DNA of 63,310 nucleotides, the filler included. It is 6 parts of 6 records of this genome, joined end to end, with 100 filler letters (N's around TTAATTAATTAA, not from the genome) between each part and the next. Parts side by side here need not be neighbours in the genome. Positions count along the whole stretch, not along the records: positions 47,005 to 57,913 come from SRR31156797_7494; positions 58,014 to 63,310 come from SRR31156797_7606; 4 more parts are not named here. One strand, given 5' to 3'. A program made the position numbers and the translations under genes. Shown here in pieces: positions 50,781-58,926 of the stretch. The stretch's first letter is position 1; every line of letters begins with the position of its first letter. Under the pieces are notes generated by a model. It did not search any database. It was not told the origin of the DNA and worked only from the letters and a program-made list of their open reading frames with translations.

Positions 50781-51209
50781 CTACTGCTTAGTGACAAGCA
50801 CAGCCTGGACTGAGTCGAGAATTCCGTTAATAAAGGCTATGGATTCACTAACAGAGTAACGCTTTGCAATTTCGAGTGCTTCATTGATAGCGACTTGACT
50901 GGGCACATCACTCCCATACTCCATCTCGTAAACGGCAATACGTAAAATGTTCCGGTCGACCACTGACATCCTTTCTACACGCCAGTTGTGCGACTGCTCA
51001 GCAATAAGGCTGTCTATATCAGCACGATATTTACAGAGTCCTTGTACAAGCTCCCTCCCGTACGGGAGGGCTTTTTTATTTGTTTCAAAAACTTGACAGA
51101 AAATATCCAGCATCTCGGTCACGGCTTCAGGAGCGCAAGAGCACTCCTGAAAATCATGACCATACAAAAACTGAAGGGCCAATTCTCTTGATTTACGTCG
51201 TAATCCCAT
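50781..51209 (-). CDS. nusB: Transcription antitermination factor NusB
   Basis: RRKSRELALQ, DRNILR, INEALEIAK, FINGILD. Confidence 0.97.
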   Translation of the reverse strand: MGLRRKSRELALQFLYGHDFQECSCAPEAVTEMLDIFCQVFETNKKALPYGRELVQGLCKYRADIDSLIAEQSHNWRVERMSVVDRNILRIAVYEMEYGSDVPSQVAINEALEIAKRYSVSESIAFINGILDSVQAVLVTKQ

Positions 51210-51287
51210 TCAAACCGCCCTTTAGTACCATCTCTTAATCAATCGACAAAAACGACCACTCAACACGACCAACATATCAAACATTGA

Positions 51288-51755
51288 TCAGCCAACGGCC
51301 TCCATCAAGTTAACCATTTCAAGTGCAGCAACAGCCACATCTGACCCCTTGTTTCCAGCCTTGGTGCCTGCACGCTCAATGGCCTGCTCAATGGTCTCGG
51401 TCGTCAGAACACCAAAAAGAATCGGCACCCCGGTATCAAGCATCACCTGGGCCGACCCTTTGGCGACTTCCCCTGCAACAAAATCAAAATGAGGAGTTGC
51501 CCCACGGATGACCACTCCGATGCAGATCACCGCGTCATATTTACCAGACTTGGCCATTTTTTGCGTGACCAACGGAATTTCAAATGCTCCAGGTACTCGG
51601 GCAACATCGATATCATCACTATTGACCCCAGATCTCACCAGGCTGTCCAATGCTCCTTCAAGCAATTTCTCACAAATGAAAGAGTTGAACCGCGCAACAA
51701 CAATGCCAATTTTCCGGCCTGTACCCTGTAAATTCCCTTCAATATAGTTTGCCAT
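51288..51755 (-). CDS. ribH: 6,7-dimethyl-8-ribityllumazine synthase
   Basis: [31 protein letters not shown]. Confidence 0.98.
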   Translation of the reverse strand: MANYIEGNLQGTGRKIGIVVARFNSFICEKLLEGALDSLVRSGVNSDDIDVARVPGAFEIPLVTQKMAKSGKYDAVICIGVVIRGATPHFDFVAGEVAKGSAQVMLDTGVPILFGVLTTETIEQAIERAGTKAGNKGSDVAVAALEMVNLMEAVG

Positions 51756-51776
51756 ATCCAATCCTGTATTCAGTTC

Positions 51777-53024
51777 TCAGGGCTCATTATGAACATAACC
51801 AATAGGCTGTTCACCATACAACTCAAGCATATGCCCCATTTTATCTCGTTTAGTCCGGAGATATTTCAGATTATCCTTATCACCGGGTACTTCGATGGGT
51901 AGTCTTTCAATAACCTCAAGCCCATACCCTTCAAGACCGATTATCTTCTTTGGGTTGTTTGTCAGCAGGCGCATTTTACGTACTCCCAAATCGCGAAGCA
52001 TCTGTGCCCCCATTCCATAGTCCCGAAGATCAGGCTTAAAGCCAAGACGAGTATTAGCCTCTACCGTATCCAACCCGTCCACATCCTGAAGTTCGTATGC
52101 CTTCAGCTTGTTGACAAGACCGATACCACGCCCTTCCTGCCTCATATACAGGATAACGCCCTTGCCCTCCTGCTCCACCATGCGCATGGCTGCATGAAGT
52201 TGAGAGCCGCAGTCACATCGTGCTGACCCGAACACATCACCGGTAAGGCATTCTGAATGCACTCGGACCATAACCGGCTCGTCAGGGTCAAATTCACCCA
52301 GAACAAGAGCAACGTGCTCATCATGATCCACCTGGTTTGAGTAGGCAATGACTTTAAACTGACCAGCATGAAAGGTTGGTAGCCGAGCTTCGGCGGCACG
52401 GGTTACCAATGTATCCTTGGTAAGACGGTAGGCAACCAAGTCCGCAATGGTGGCGATCTTTATGTCGTGCTCTTTGGCAAACACTTCTAGATCGGGCATC
52501 CTTGCCATGGTGCCGTCCTCATTCATAATTTCGCAGATAATCGCAGCAGTACGCATACCTGCTATTCGCGAAAGATCCACCGACCCCTCGGTCTGTCCGG
52601 TACGGACTAATACGCCACCTTCACGCGCCCGCAGCGGAAAAACATGACCGGGGCTGATTATATCACGTGGGGTTGCATCGGATGCCACAGCCGCTTCAAT
52701 GGTTCTTGCCCTGTCTGCTGCAGAAATACCAGTACTAACACCGGTTCGGGCTTCGATACTGATGGTAAAGCCGGTCCCGTAAGGAGACTGGTTGTTTGAC
52801 ACCATCATCGGCAGGCCAAGCTGCTCAATAATATCGGGACTCATTGCCAGACAGATCAGACCACGCCCGTGGGTTGCCATAAAATTAATAGCTTCCGGCG
52901 TGACTGCTTCCGCAGCCATACAGAGATCACCTTCATTTTCCCGATCTTCATCATCAACCAGGATCACCATTTTACCGGCTTTAATATCCTTAACTACTTC
53001 TTCAATTGAACTGACAGCCATCAT
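51777..53024 (-). CDS. ribBA: Bifunctional DHBP synthase / GTP cyclohydrolase II
   Basis: DDEDRENEGD, TGISAADRA, RVHSECLTGD, RCDCG, QEGRGIG. Confidence 0.98.
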   Translation of the reverse strand: MMAVSSIEEVVKDIKAGKMVILVDDEDRENEGDLCMAAEAVTPEAINFMATHGRGLICLAMSPDIIEQLGLPMMVSNNQSPYGTGFTISIEARTGVSTGISAADRARTIEAAVASDATPRDIISPGHVFPLRAREGGVLVRTGQTEGSVDLSRIAGMRTAAIICEIMNEDGTMARMPDLEVFAKEHDIKIATIADLVAYRLTKDTLVTRAAEARLPTFHAGQFKVIAYSNQVDHDEHVALVLGEFDPDEPVMVRVHSECLTGDVFGSARCDCGSQLHAAMRMVEQEGKGVILYMRQEGRGIGLVNKLKAYELQDVDGLDTVEANTRLGFKPDLRDYGMGAQMLRDLGVRKMRLLTNNPKKIIGLEGYGLEVIERLPIEVPGDKDNLKYLRTKRDKMGHMLELYGEQPIGYVHNEP

Positions 53025-53090
53025 GTGCTCTCTTGTGGGACCATTAGAGTATCCCAACATTACTTTTTCGTATTGCGCTGCTTTAGTGGT

Positions 53091-53744
53091 TTACAAAAAC
53101 CCATGCTCAGCAAGAAAGGAAGAACTGATTGCGCTTTTCCCGTTTTGAGCGTTTACATTACCACCAAGCAGTTTTTCGACATATTTGCCAATGATATCCA
53201 CCTCGATGTTTACCTTATCCCCCTGCTTCAACTCGCCCAACGTGGTAATGGAGAGTGTATGTGGAATAATAGATACCGAGAAACGAGAATGCTCGCAACT
53301 GTTCACCGTCAAACTGACGCCATTAATGGTTATTGAACCTTTCTCAATAACATACTTTGTCAAACCCGGGTCCAAAGAAAAGATAAACAAGGTAAAATCG
53401 CCTGCACTTCGCCGCTCTTCAACTGTTGCTAAACCGTCTATGTGGCCACTGACTATATGACCACCTAAACGATCGCTAAGGCGCAGCGCACGCTCAAGGT
53501 TCACCCTTGAGCCGACTGTCAAGCTCCCCATCCCCGTACGGGATAAGCTTTCCGGAGAGACATCTGTAAGAAAACGATTACCGGTAATATTTCTAGCTGT
53601 CAGACAGGCACCATTGACGGCTATAGATTCCCCTTCTTCAGGATCAGTTAATTCAAAATCTGCTTCTAAGGCAAAAACCACTCCACCACCTGCAGCACGC
53701 TTCTCCGCTACCGTACCAAACCCTTGAATAATACCGGTAAACAT
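53091..53744 (-). CDS. ribE: Riboflavin synthase
   Basis: MFTGII, NGACLT, GGHIVSGHID, KGSITINGVSLTV. Confidence 0.98.
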   Translation of the reverse strand: MFTGIIQGFGTVAEKRAAGGGVVFALEADFELTDPEEGESIAVNGACLTARNITGNRFLTDVSPESLSRTGMGSLTVGSRVNLERALRLSDRLGGHIVSGHIDGLATVEERRSAGDFTLFIFSLDPGLTKYVIEKGSITINGVSLTVNSCEHSRFSVSIIPHTLSITTLGELKQGDKVNIEVDIIGKYVEKLLGGNVNAQNGKSAISSSFLAEHGFL

Positions 53745-53752
53745 AGCAGGCC

Positions 53753-54352
53753 TTATTTTACAGCGTCTGCACGGTCTGCAAATTCCCGCGCCAGCCGTTC
53801 ATGCTTAAAGTTAGCATGGATACTTGATATAGTCCGATAGGCATCAGCAGCTTTGGCCGCTTCACCTGTCTCTTCATATACTTCTCCTGTGGTCTCAAGT
53901 ACCTCGACGACCCCTTTTGGATTACTGATTAACCGATAATGTTCCACCATATCAAAGAGCAATTCCAAAGCATTATCAGGCTGGCCCATTTTCCGATAGG
54001 CCACAACCATTTTTTTGTGCAAAGAAACCTGTGAAAAGGAATCATCCTCTTGCTCACAAATTTCAGCGGCCCTTTTAAAATGTTTAACGGCCATATCGTA
54101 TTCTTCACGGACCATGCAGGTATCACCCAACCTGTCAGCGGCATTGGCTATTCCCTGGGTATCTCCTTTTTCTTCGAACCCAAGCAGAGCGTTATGAAAA
54201 CAGATAACAGCCTGGGGATAATCCCCCCCGGAAAAGTGTTTTCTGCCGGCCATGTAATCTCGTCTTGCAGGATCTTTGAGTTCATTCACCCTATTCATAT
54301 CTTCAGTCATAGGCCCTATGGAATCCATAGACTGAATGGTATCACTCACCAT
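53753..54352 (-). CDS. Tetratricopeptide-repeat protein
   Basis: Helical TPR-like repeats (GDYPQAVICF, YDMAVKHF, GQPDNALE). Confidence 0.8.
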   Translation of the reverse strand: MVSDTIQSMDSIGPMTEDMNRVNELKDPARRDYMAGRKHFSGGDYPQAVICFHNALLGFEEKGDTQGIANAADRLGDTCMVREEYDMAVKHFKRAAEICEQEDDSFSQVSLHKKMVVAYRKMGQPDNALELLFDMVEHYRLISNPKGVVEVLETTGEVYEETGEAAKAADAYRTISSIHANFKHERLAREFADRADAVK

Positions 54353-55493
54353 CTTTTTCTCCCTTATGGATGTTCTCTATAGCGGTTGCCGCTACCTCTG
54401 CGACAGATGTCTCAATCGGTCGCCCATGTTCAAAAATTATTACCTTGCTTTGATCCTGCTGCAACGGCAGCAGTTGGAGCCCGACTTCCTTGGCTGAAAT
54501 TCTACCAAGCATTCGAGCTACAAGTGCTCGAATTTCAGGTTTCTCATGATTGAGCAAGCTAAAAAGCGAATAAAAAGGCGTTTTCCGGATTAGGTCAGGA
54601 CGGGTTACAGCTATCTCGCCAAGAGACCAAAGAACGGCTTCCTGGGTAGCAGAATCACCTAAAAAGTTATACAGATGCCTTGTGAAGGCGCCATAAATAT
54701 CAGGACGGTAGGCAATGATTGCGCCAATTGCCTCGACCATTCCCCAAGATGTTGAGGCTGAATCAGAGCAGGACTGAAACAGTCGGTGCAGTTGATCAGC
54801 TACCGGTGCTGGCTCACGGGTGGATATCCTTGCGCATACCTGTCCCAATGTACACGCAATTCTGTAACGATCGGCAGGTACAGGCGCATACAAAAGACGT
54901 TGCAGAAAACGCAGGGTTCGTTTGTCATCAAAGCAGAGATCAACGAGCCCGTCCAAGTCGCCCTTTTCGGCCAATTCTTTTACCAGCTTTTTATTAGCTC
55001 GTTTACGGGTCCGCTTGGGGTCACGCTCAGGCTCTAGTTCTGGTGCCCCTCCCCCTGCACTCCCCACACTCTTGATGGTTTTCATGGATTGCTGCTGCTG
55101 GTTTTGTTCGTAGCGCTCAACAATTTCTGAAATTCCCTTGTGCAAACGAACGAAAAAAAGCACTCCCCGTGCTGCGCGCCCATCGATATTACGCTTTGGG
55201 CAAACCTGATGGCTGATATCATCGTAATCTTCGATACGCCCGGTTAGATAGTCTTCTTCCGCTACCAGATCCCAAGCAAGATCCCACTCGTCATTGCAGG
55301 CATTAACAAGTCCCTCGACCATTGCAGCACCAACATTGTGCCCGGTCGCATCGCAGACATAGATTGCTCCGCATTCACACTTTCCCATGGGGAATTCGTT
55401 CAGCTTTCGCTGAACAGCATCGGTTGGGCGACCAATATCCATTCCGCAAAAAGGGCACCATGGCTTCAGATTGGCTTCACCTTTAGTTGCCAT
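54342..55493 (-). CDS. Zn-ribbon + HEAT-like repeat protein (DVU0298-like)
   Basis: CPFCG..CECG..CD.TGHNVG N-terminus; C-terminal helical repeats (WGMVEAIG, VLWSLGEI). Confidence 0.65.
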   Translation of the reverse strand: MATKGEANLKPWCPFCGMDIGRPTDAVQRKLNEFPMGKCECGAIYVCDATGHNVGAAMVEGLVNACNDEWDLAWDLVAEEDYLTGRIEDYDDISHQVCPKRNIDGRAARGVLFFVRLHKGISEIVERYEQNQQQQSMKTIKSVGSAGGGAPELEPERDPKRTRKRANKKLVKELAEKGDLDGLVDLCFDDKRTLRFLQRLLYAPVPADRYRIACTLGQVCARISTREPAPVADQLHRLFQSCSDSASTSWGMVEAIGAIIAYRPDIYGAFTRHLYNFLGDSATQEAVLWSLGEIAVTRPDLIRKTPFYSLFSLLNHEKPEIRALVARMLGRISAKEVGLQLLPLQQDQSKVIIFEHGRPIETSVAEVAATAIENIHKGEKDGE

Positions 55494-55498
55494 GATTT

Positions 55499-56131
55499 TT
55501 ATCCGAGTTTTTCGTTAAGTGCGTCAACAAACCGAGGGTCAATGGAATAGCCAAGCTCCTTCGCCTTCTCCAAATTTTGTTTGGACTCGGTGTAGTCACC
55601 TTTAAAATACAAAGCAACAGCGAGATTATTTCTTGCCATGGCGGAATCAGGTTCTAAAGTAACAGCTTCCCTTGCTGCCTCTACCGCCTTGACATCCTCT
55701 TCGTTCATGGTGTAGGCAGAAGTCAAATTGATCCATGCGGTAATCAGTTTGGGATCAATTTTAATAGCGAGCGAATAACTCTTAATCGCTTCAGCAACAT
55801 TATTTTGGTGCTGACGGATCAAGCCAATATTGACATGCGCTTCTGCCATCGTCGGAGAAATCTGGAGTGCCTGCTCATTTAACTCAAGTGCTTTTTCGGT
55901 ATCCCCCTGGTCAAAATAAATCGCTCCGAGATTGATCAAACTTTCCATGGACTGGTTATCCAGTTCCAGTGCTTTTTCAAGCTGGAAAATCGCTTCCTCG
56001 ATGCGGCCTGCCTGTCGGTATATCAATCCCAGATGGTGTCTGGCCATGACATTTTCCGGTTTCTCCTTTACCACTTTTTCCAAGTCACTGATTACGGTTG
56101 CTAAATCAGATGCTTTTTCCACCTCAGACAT
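55499..56131 (-). CDS. Tetratricopeptide-repeat protein
   Basis: Five or more canonical TPRs (ARHHLGLIY, INLGAIY, AHVNIG, AWINL, ARNNLA). Confidence 0.93.
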   Translation of the reverse strand: MSEVEKASDLATVISDLEKVVKEKPENVMARHHLGLIYRQAGRIEEAIFQLEKALELDNQSMESLINLGAIYFDQGDTEKALELNEQALQISPTMAEAHVNIGLIRQHQNNVAEAIKSYSLAIKIDPKLITAWINLTSAYTMNEEDVKAVEAAREAVTLEPDSAMARNNLAVALYFKGDYTESKQNLEKAKELGYSIDPRFVDALNEKLG

Positions 56132-56365
56132 AAAAAAACCCTTTGTATCTTGATTATAAAAAATATCGTATCATACGTTTCCCACGCCCAAACACCATAC
56201 ATTTTCCAATAAAATTGACTGCTTAGACAAGAACACTTAATACCAGCTTCAAAAACCTTTACAAAGCAAAGCGGAGTACATTATAGGCATAAACCCACAG
56301 GAAGCAAGGTTCTGAAAGTTAATATTTCAAACGCTCTCCCCTTGCCTTCTCTCGCTTGAAAAAGG

Positions 56366-57322
56366 TCAAGAACGATAGGCTATCAGTTTCTTTTTTCTTG
56401 CTTTTGCCAGCACCTTATGAGCCACTGCTATATCTTTACTGATCTGTTTTATCAGACTGTCAGGTCCGTCAAAGGCTATTTCAGCACGTAAGTGTCGAAG
56501 AAGGTTGATCTTTATTGAACGACCATAGATGTCGGCATTAAAATCGAATATATGAGTCTCGGCAATCAGTTGATTCTGCCCAAAGGTTGGATTGTAACCA
56601 ATATTCGACACCCCCCCATACTGCTTCCCTCCATACAACACTTGGGTAACATATACACCGGTTTTGGGACAAAGGTCTTCTTCTGAAATACACAAGTTGG
56701 CAGTAGGAAACCCGAGTTTACGCCCTCTTTGCTGTCCGGGTTGTACCAAACCACGAATCTGATAAAACCTGCCAAGCAGATTGCGAACATCACGCATGCG
56801 TCCTGCAGTGACCAGCTCCCTTATCCTTGAACTTGATACTATTTCTCCCCCCACGTATTGCGCCTCCATTACTTGTACCGGAAACCCTTTCCTCTCGCCC
56901 TGCTCTTTAAGAAAATCAATATTCCCCTGTCTTCCTTTACCGAGTGCGTAGTCATACCCGACTACCAAATATTGCATTCCTATCTTATCAATCAGGACAT
57001 TATCAAGAAAATCCATAGCGGTAACAGCCGCCACTTCTCGTGAAAATGGGATAATTACCAACACGTCAATCCCAGAATTTTCAATAAGCTCAATTTTCTG
57101 CTTGGTAGTTGAAATAAGACGAATCCCATTGGGACTAAGAACCTTCAGTGGATGCGGAGAAAACGTTACGGCAACACTTATACCATTATACATACGGGCT
57201 CGCTCAACCACGGTATCAAACAAAGCCTTGTGCCCTAAATGCACACCATCAAAATTACCGATGGTAACATGGGCATGAGGAAAAGGAGCCTTTATATCAT
57301 TCAGATTAGTATAAATTTCCAT
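56366..57322 (-). CDS. ribF: Bifunctional riboflavin kinase / FAD synthetase
   Basis: IGNFDGVHLGH, VSSSRIR, GFPTAN, NIGYNPTF, ETHIFDF. Confidence 0.98.
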   Translation of the reverse strand: MEIYTNLNDIKAPFPHAHVTIGNFDGVHLGHKALFDTVVERARMYNGISVAVTFSPHPLKVLSPNGIRLISTTKQKIELIENSGIDVLVIIPFSREVAAVTAMDFLDNVLIDKIGMQYLVVGYDYALGKGRQGNIDFLKEQGERKGFPVQVMEAQYVGGEIVSSSRIRELVTAGRMRDVRNLLGRFYQIRGLVQPGQQRGRKLGFPTANLCISEEDLCPKTGVYVTQVLYGGKQYGGVSNIGYNPTFGQNQLIAETHIFDFNADIYGRSIKINLLRHLRAEIAFDGPDSLIKQISKDIAVAHKVLAKARKKKLIAYRS

Positions 57323-57843
57323 ACATGCCGCTTACCCGCCTGAAAGACGGGTCGATCCCTAAAGTTGGTAGGCCACAGTGAGGCCGATAGAATTGAGTTC
57401 TGCCTTGGCATCCACTCTTCAACTGCTCTGACACCCTTTTCCTCTCCATCCCTGAAAAAATGATTCACCCACAAAAAAAGAGGGTAGTAAATATCTAAAG
57501 ACAGTACTTTGTTGGTACAGTAAGTGCCAATATCTTCTGTGGCAACTCTGTGATGCTACCTTTTTCCATTACCTCACAAGAGAATCATAACAACAGAGCG
57601 AAACGTCGTCTAAAAAAGATGGCATTTGTACCCTAAATTATAGAAACAAGCAAATCCTTCATTTTGTAATACACGTTCCCGCTGAAGTCCTCTTTCCCAC
57701 CCAACTCTAATACCGTGGAAGCGTAAAAATATTTTTGCCATCCACGGAATCCCTTTTCCCCCTATATCAACTACAAACAGACGATTTCACCACCGACAGC
57801 AGCAGAGCTTATTTTTTTATCTTCACTACCGGCAAAGAAATAC

Positions 57844-57872
57844 TTGACAAAAATGCGATCTCCGTGCATATT
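57844..57872 (+). promoter_or_regulatory. Sigma-70 promoter of the tRNA
   Basis: TTGACA-17 nt-CATATT, 12 nt upstream of the tRNA 5' end. Confidence 0.7.
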
Positions 57873-57884
57873 CTCCCTCGCATT

Positions 57885-57913
57885 GCCGAAGTGGCGGAAT
57901 TGGTAGACGCGCT
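57885..57913 (+). tRNA. tRNA-Leu 5' fragment (truncated by contig end)
   Basis: GCCGAAGTGGCGGAATTGGTAGACGCGCT, acceptor strand and D-arm typical of tRNA-Leu; anticodon not in window. Confidence 0.85.
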
Positions 57914-58013
57914 NNNNNNNNNNNNNNNNNNNNNNNNNNNNNNNNNNNNNNNNNNNNTTAATTAATTAANNNNNNNNNNNNNNNNNNNNNNNNNNNNNNN
58001 NNNNNNNNNNNNN
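57914..58013. other. Artificial contig spacer
   Basis: N-run containing TTAATTAATTAA. Confidence 0.99.
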
Positions 58014-58090
58014 TTATTAATTATGAATATGTGCGATTGTTTTGCTTAAAAAAGTTATTTTAGCATTCAATTCAATTTAACATTAAAAAC

Positions 58091-58297
58091 ATGGATAATA
58101 AAGTTAGTGACAGCTCAATTCGGTTACGCGAGATGATAGAAAAAGCAATTGAAGACCACATTATTACTCGTGATGAGTATGATAAAATAATTCACATTGC
58201 AACTGAAGATGGATTTATCGACAGGCACGAACAAGCATTGCTGAGTGAGTTACAACAAATGATTGAAGATAAAGTGGTAAAGTTTGTTGCCAAATAA
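58091..58297 (+). CDS. Small acidic hypothetical protein with two EF-hand-like helix-loop-helix units
   Basis: EDHIITRDE and EDGFIDRHE; A-rich Bacteroidota-type start context. Confidence 0.65.
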   Translation: MDNKVSDSSIRLREMIEKAIEDHIITRDEYDKIIHIATEDGFIDRHEQALLSELQQMIEDKVVKFVAK

Positions 58298-58352
58298 ATT
58301 TCCTGCGAACCGAGGTTCTGAGCTAAATAAAGCGGGGCTGTATTTGTAATAT

Positions 58353-58859
58353 TTATTTTGTTTGTTTTATTAATTTCATTAATTCATCCAAATCAATATC
58401 GGGTTTGGTAATTTGAAATTTTGCCTGTTTGTAAAACTCGTTTCTTTTGTTTAATGTTTCATCAATAAATGCAACCAGCTCTTCTCTCGATTTTCCTTTT
58501 ATTAACGGGCGTTCTGTTTTCGATTTTAATAAACGGTCGGCAAGAATTTCAGGATCAATATTCATATAAATGGTTTTCCCGGTTCGGTTCATTAAATCAA
58601 TATTATCGAAAAAGCAGGGAGCACCTCCACCAGTTGCTATTATAATATCAGTAAATTCAGAAAGTTCAACCAGGGCTTTTTGTTCTTTTTTTCTGAACTC
58701 AGCTTCGCCTTCTTCTGCAAAAATTTGTGGGATAGTTTTGCAATTTCTCTCTTCGATATAATGATCCATATCAATAAATTGTTGTCCGGTATGTGCAGCC
58801 AATCTTCTTCCCAGCGTCGACTTGCCGCATCCCATATATCCAATCAGGTAAATTCTCAT
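58353..58859 (-). CDS. aroK: Shikimate kinase
   Basis: GYMGCGKST, GEAEFR, ATGGG, RPL. Confidence 0.96.
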   Translation of the reverse strand: MRIYLIGYMGCGKSTLGRRLAAHTGQQFIDMDHYIEERNCKTIPQIFAEEGEAEFRKKEQKALVELSEFTDIIIATGGGAPCFFDNIDLMNRTGKTIYMNIDPEILADRLLKSKTERPLIKGKSREELVAFIDETLNKRNEFYKQAKFQITKPDIDLDELMKLIKQTK

Positions 58860-58926
58860 GCTTGTAATTTAAAATTTAAAAGTTCCCGGTTTATTATTCT
58901 TTATATTTTGAATTTCAAACAAAGAA

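Noticed and set aside
57323..57480. Possible FMN riboswitch upstream of ribF
   Set aside because: The conserved RFN elements (AGGGCGGGGTGAAATTCCC, CCGAC) are not present in the right arrangement.
9325..58013. Five identical TTAATTAATTAA motifs within N-runs, and apparent cross-window clustering of B12/metal genes
   Set aside because: These are artificial concatenation linkers. Neighbouring contigs differ in composition and taxonomy, so the B12 riboswitch operon and the corrinoid cluster cannot be treated as one locus.
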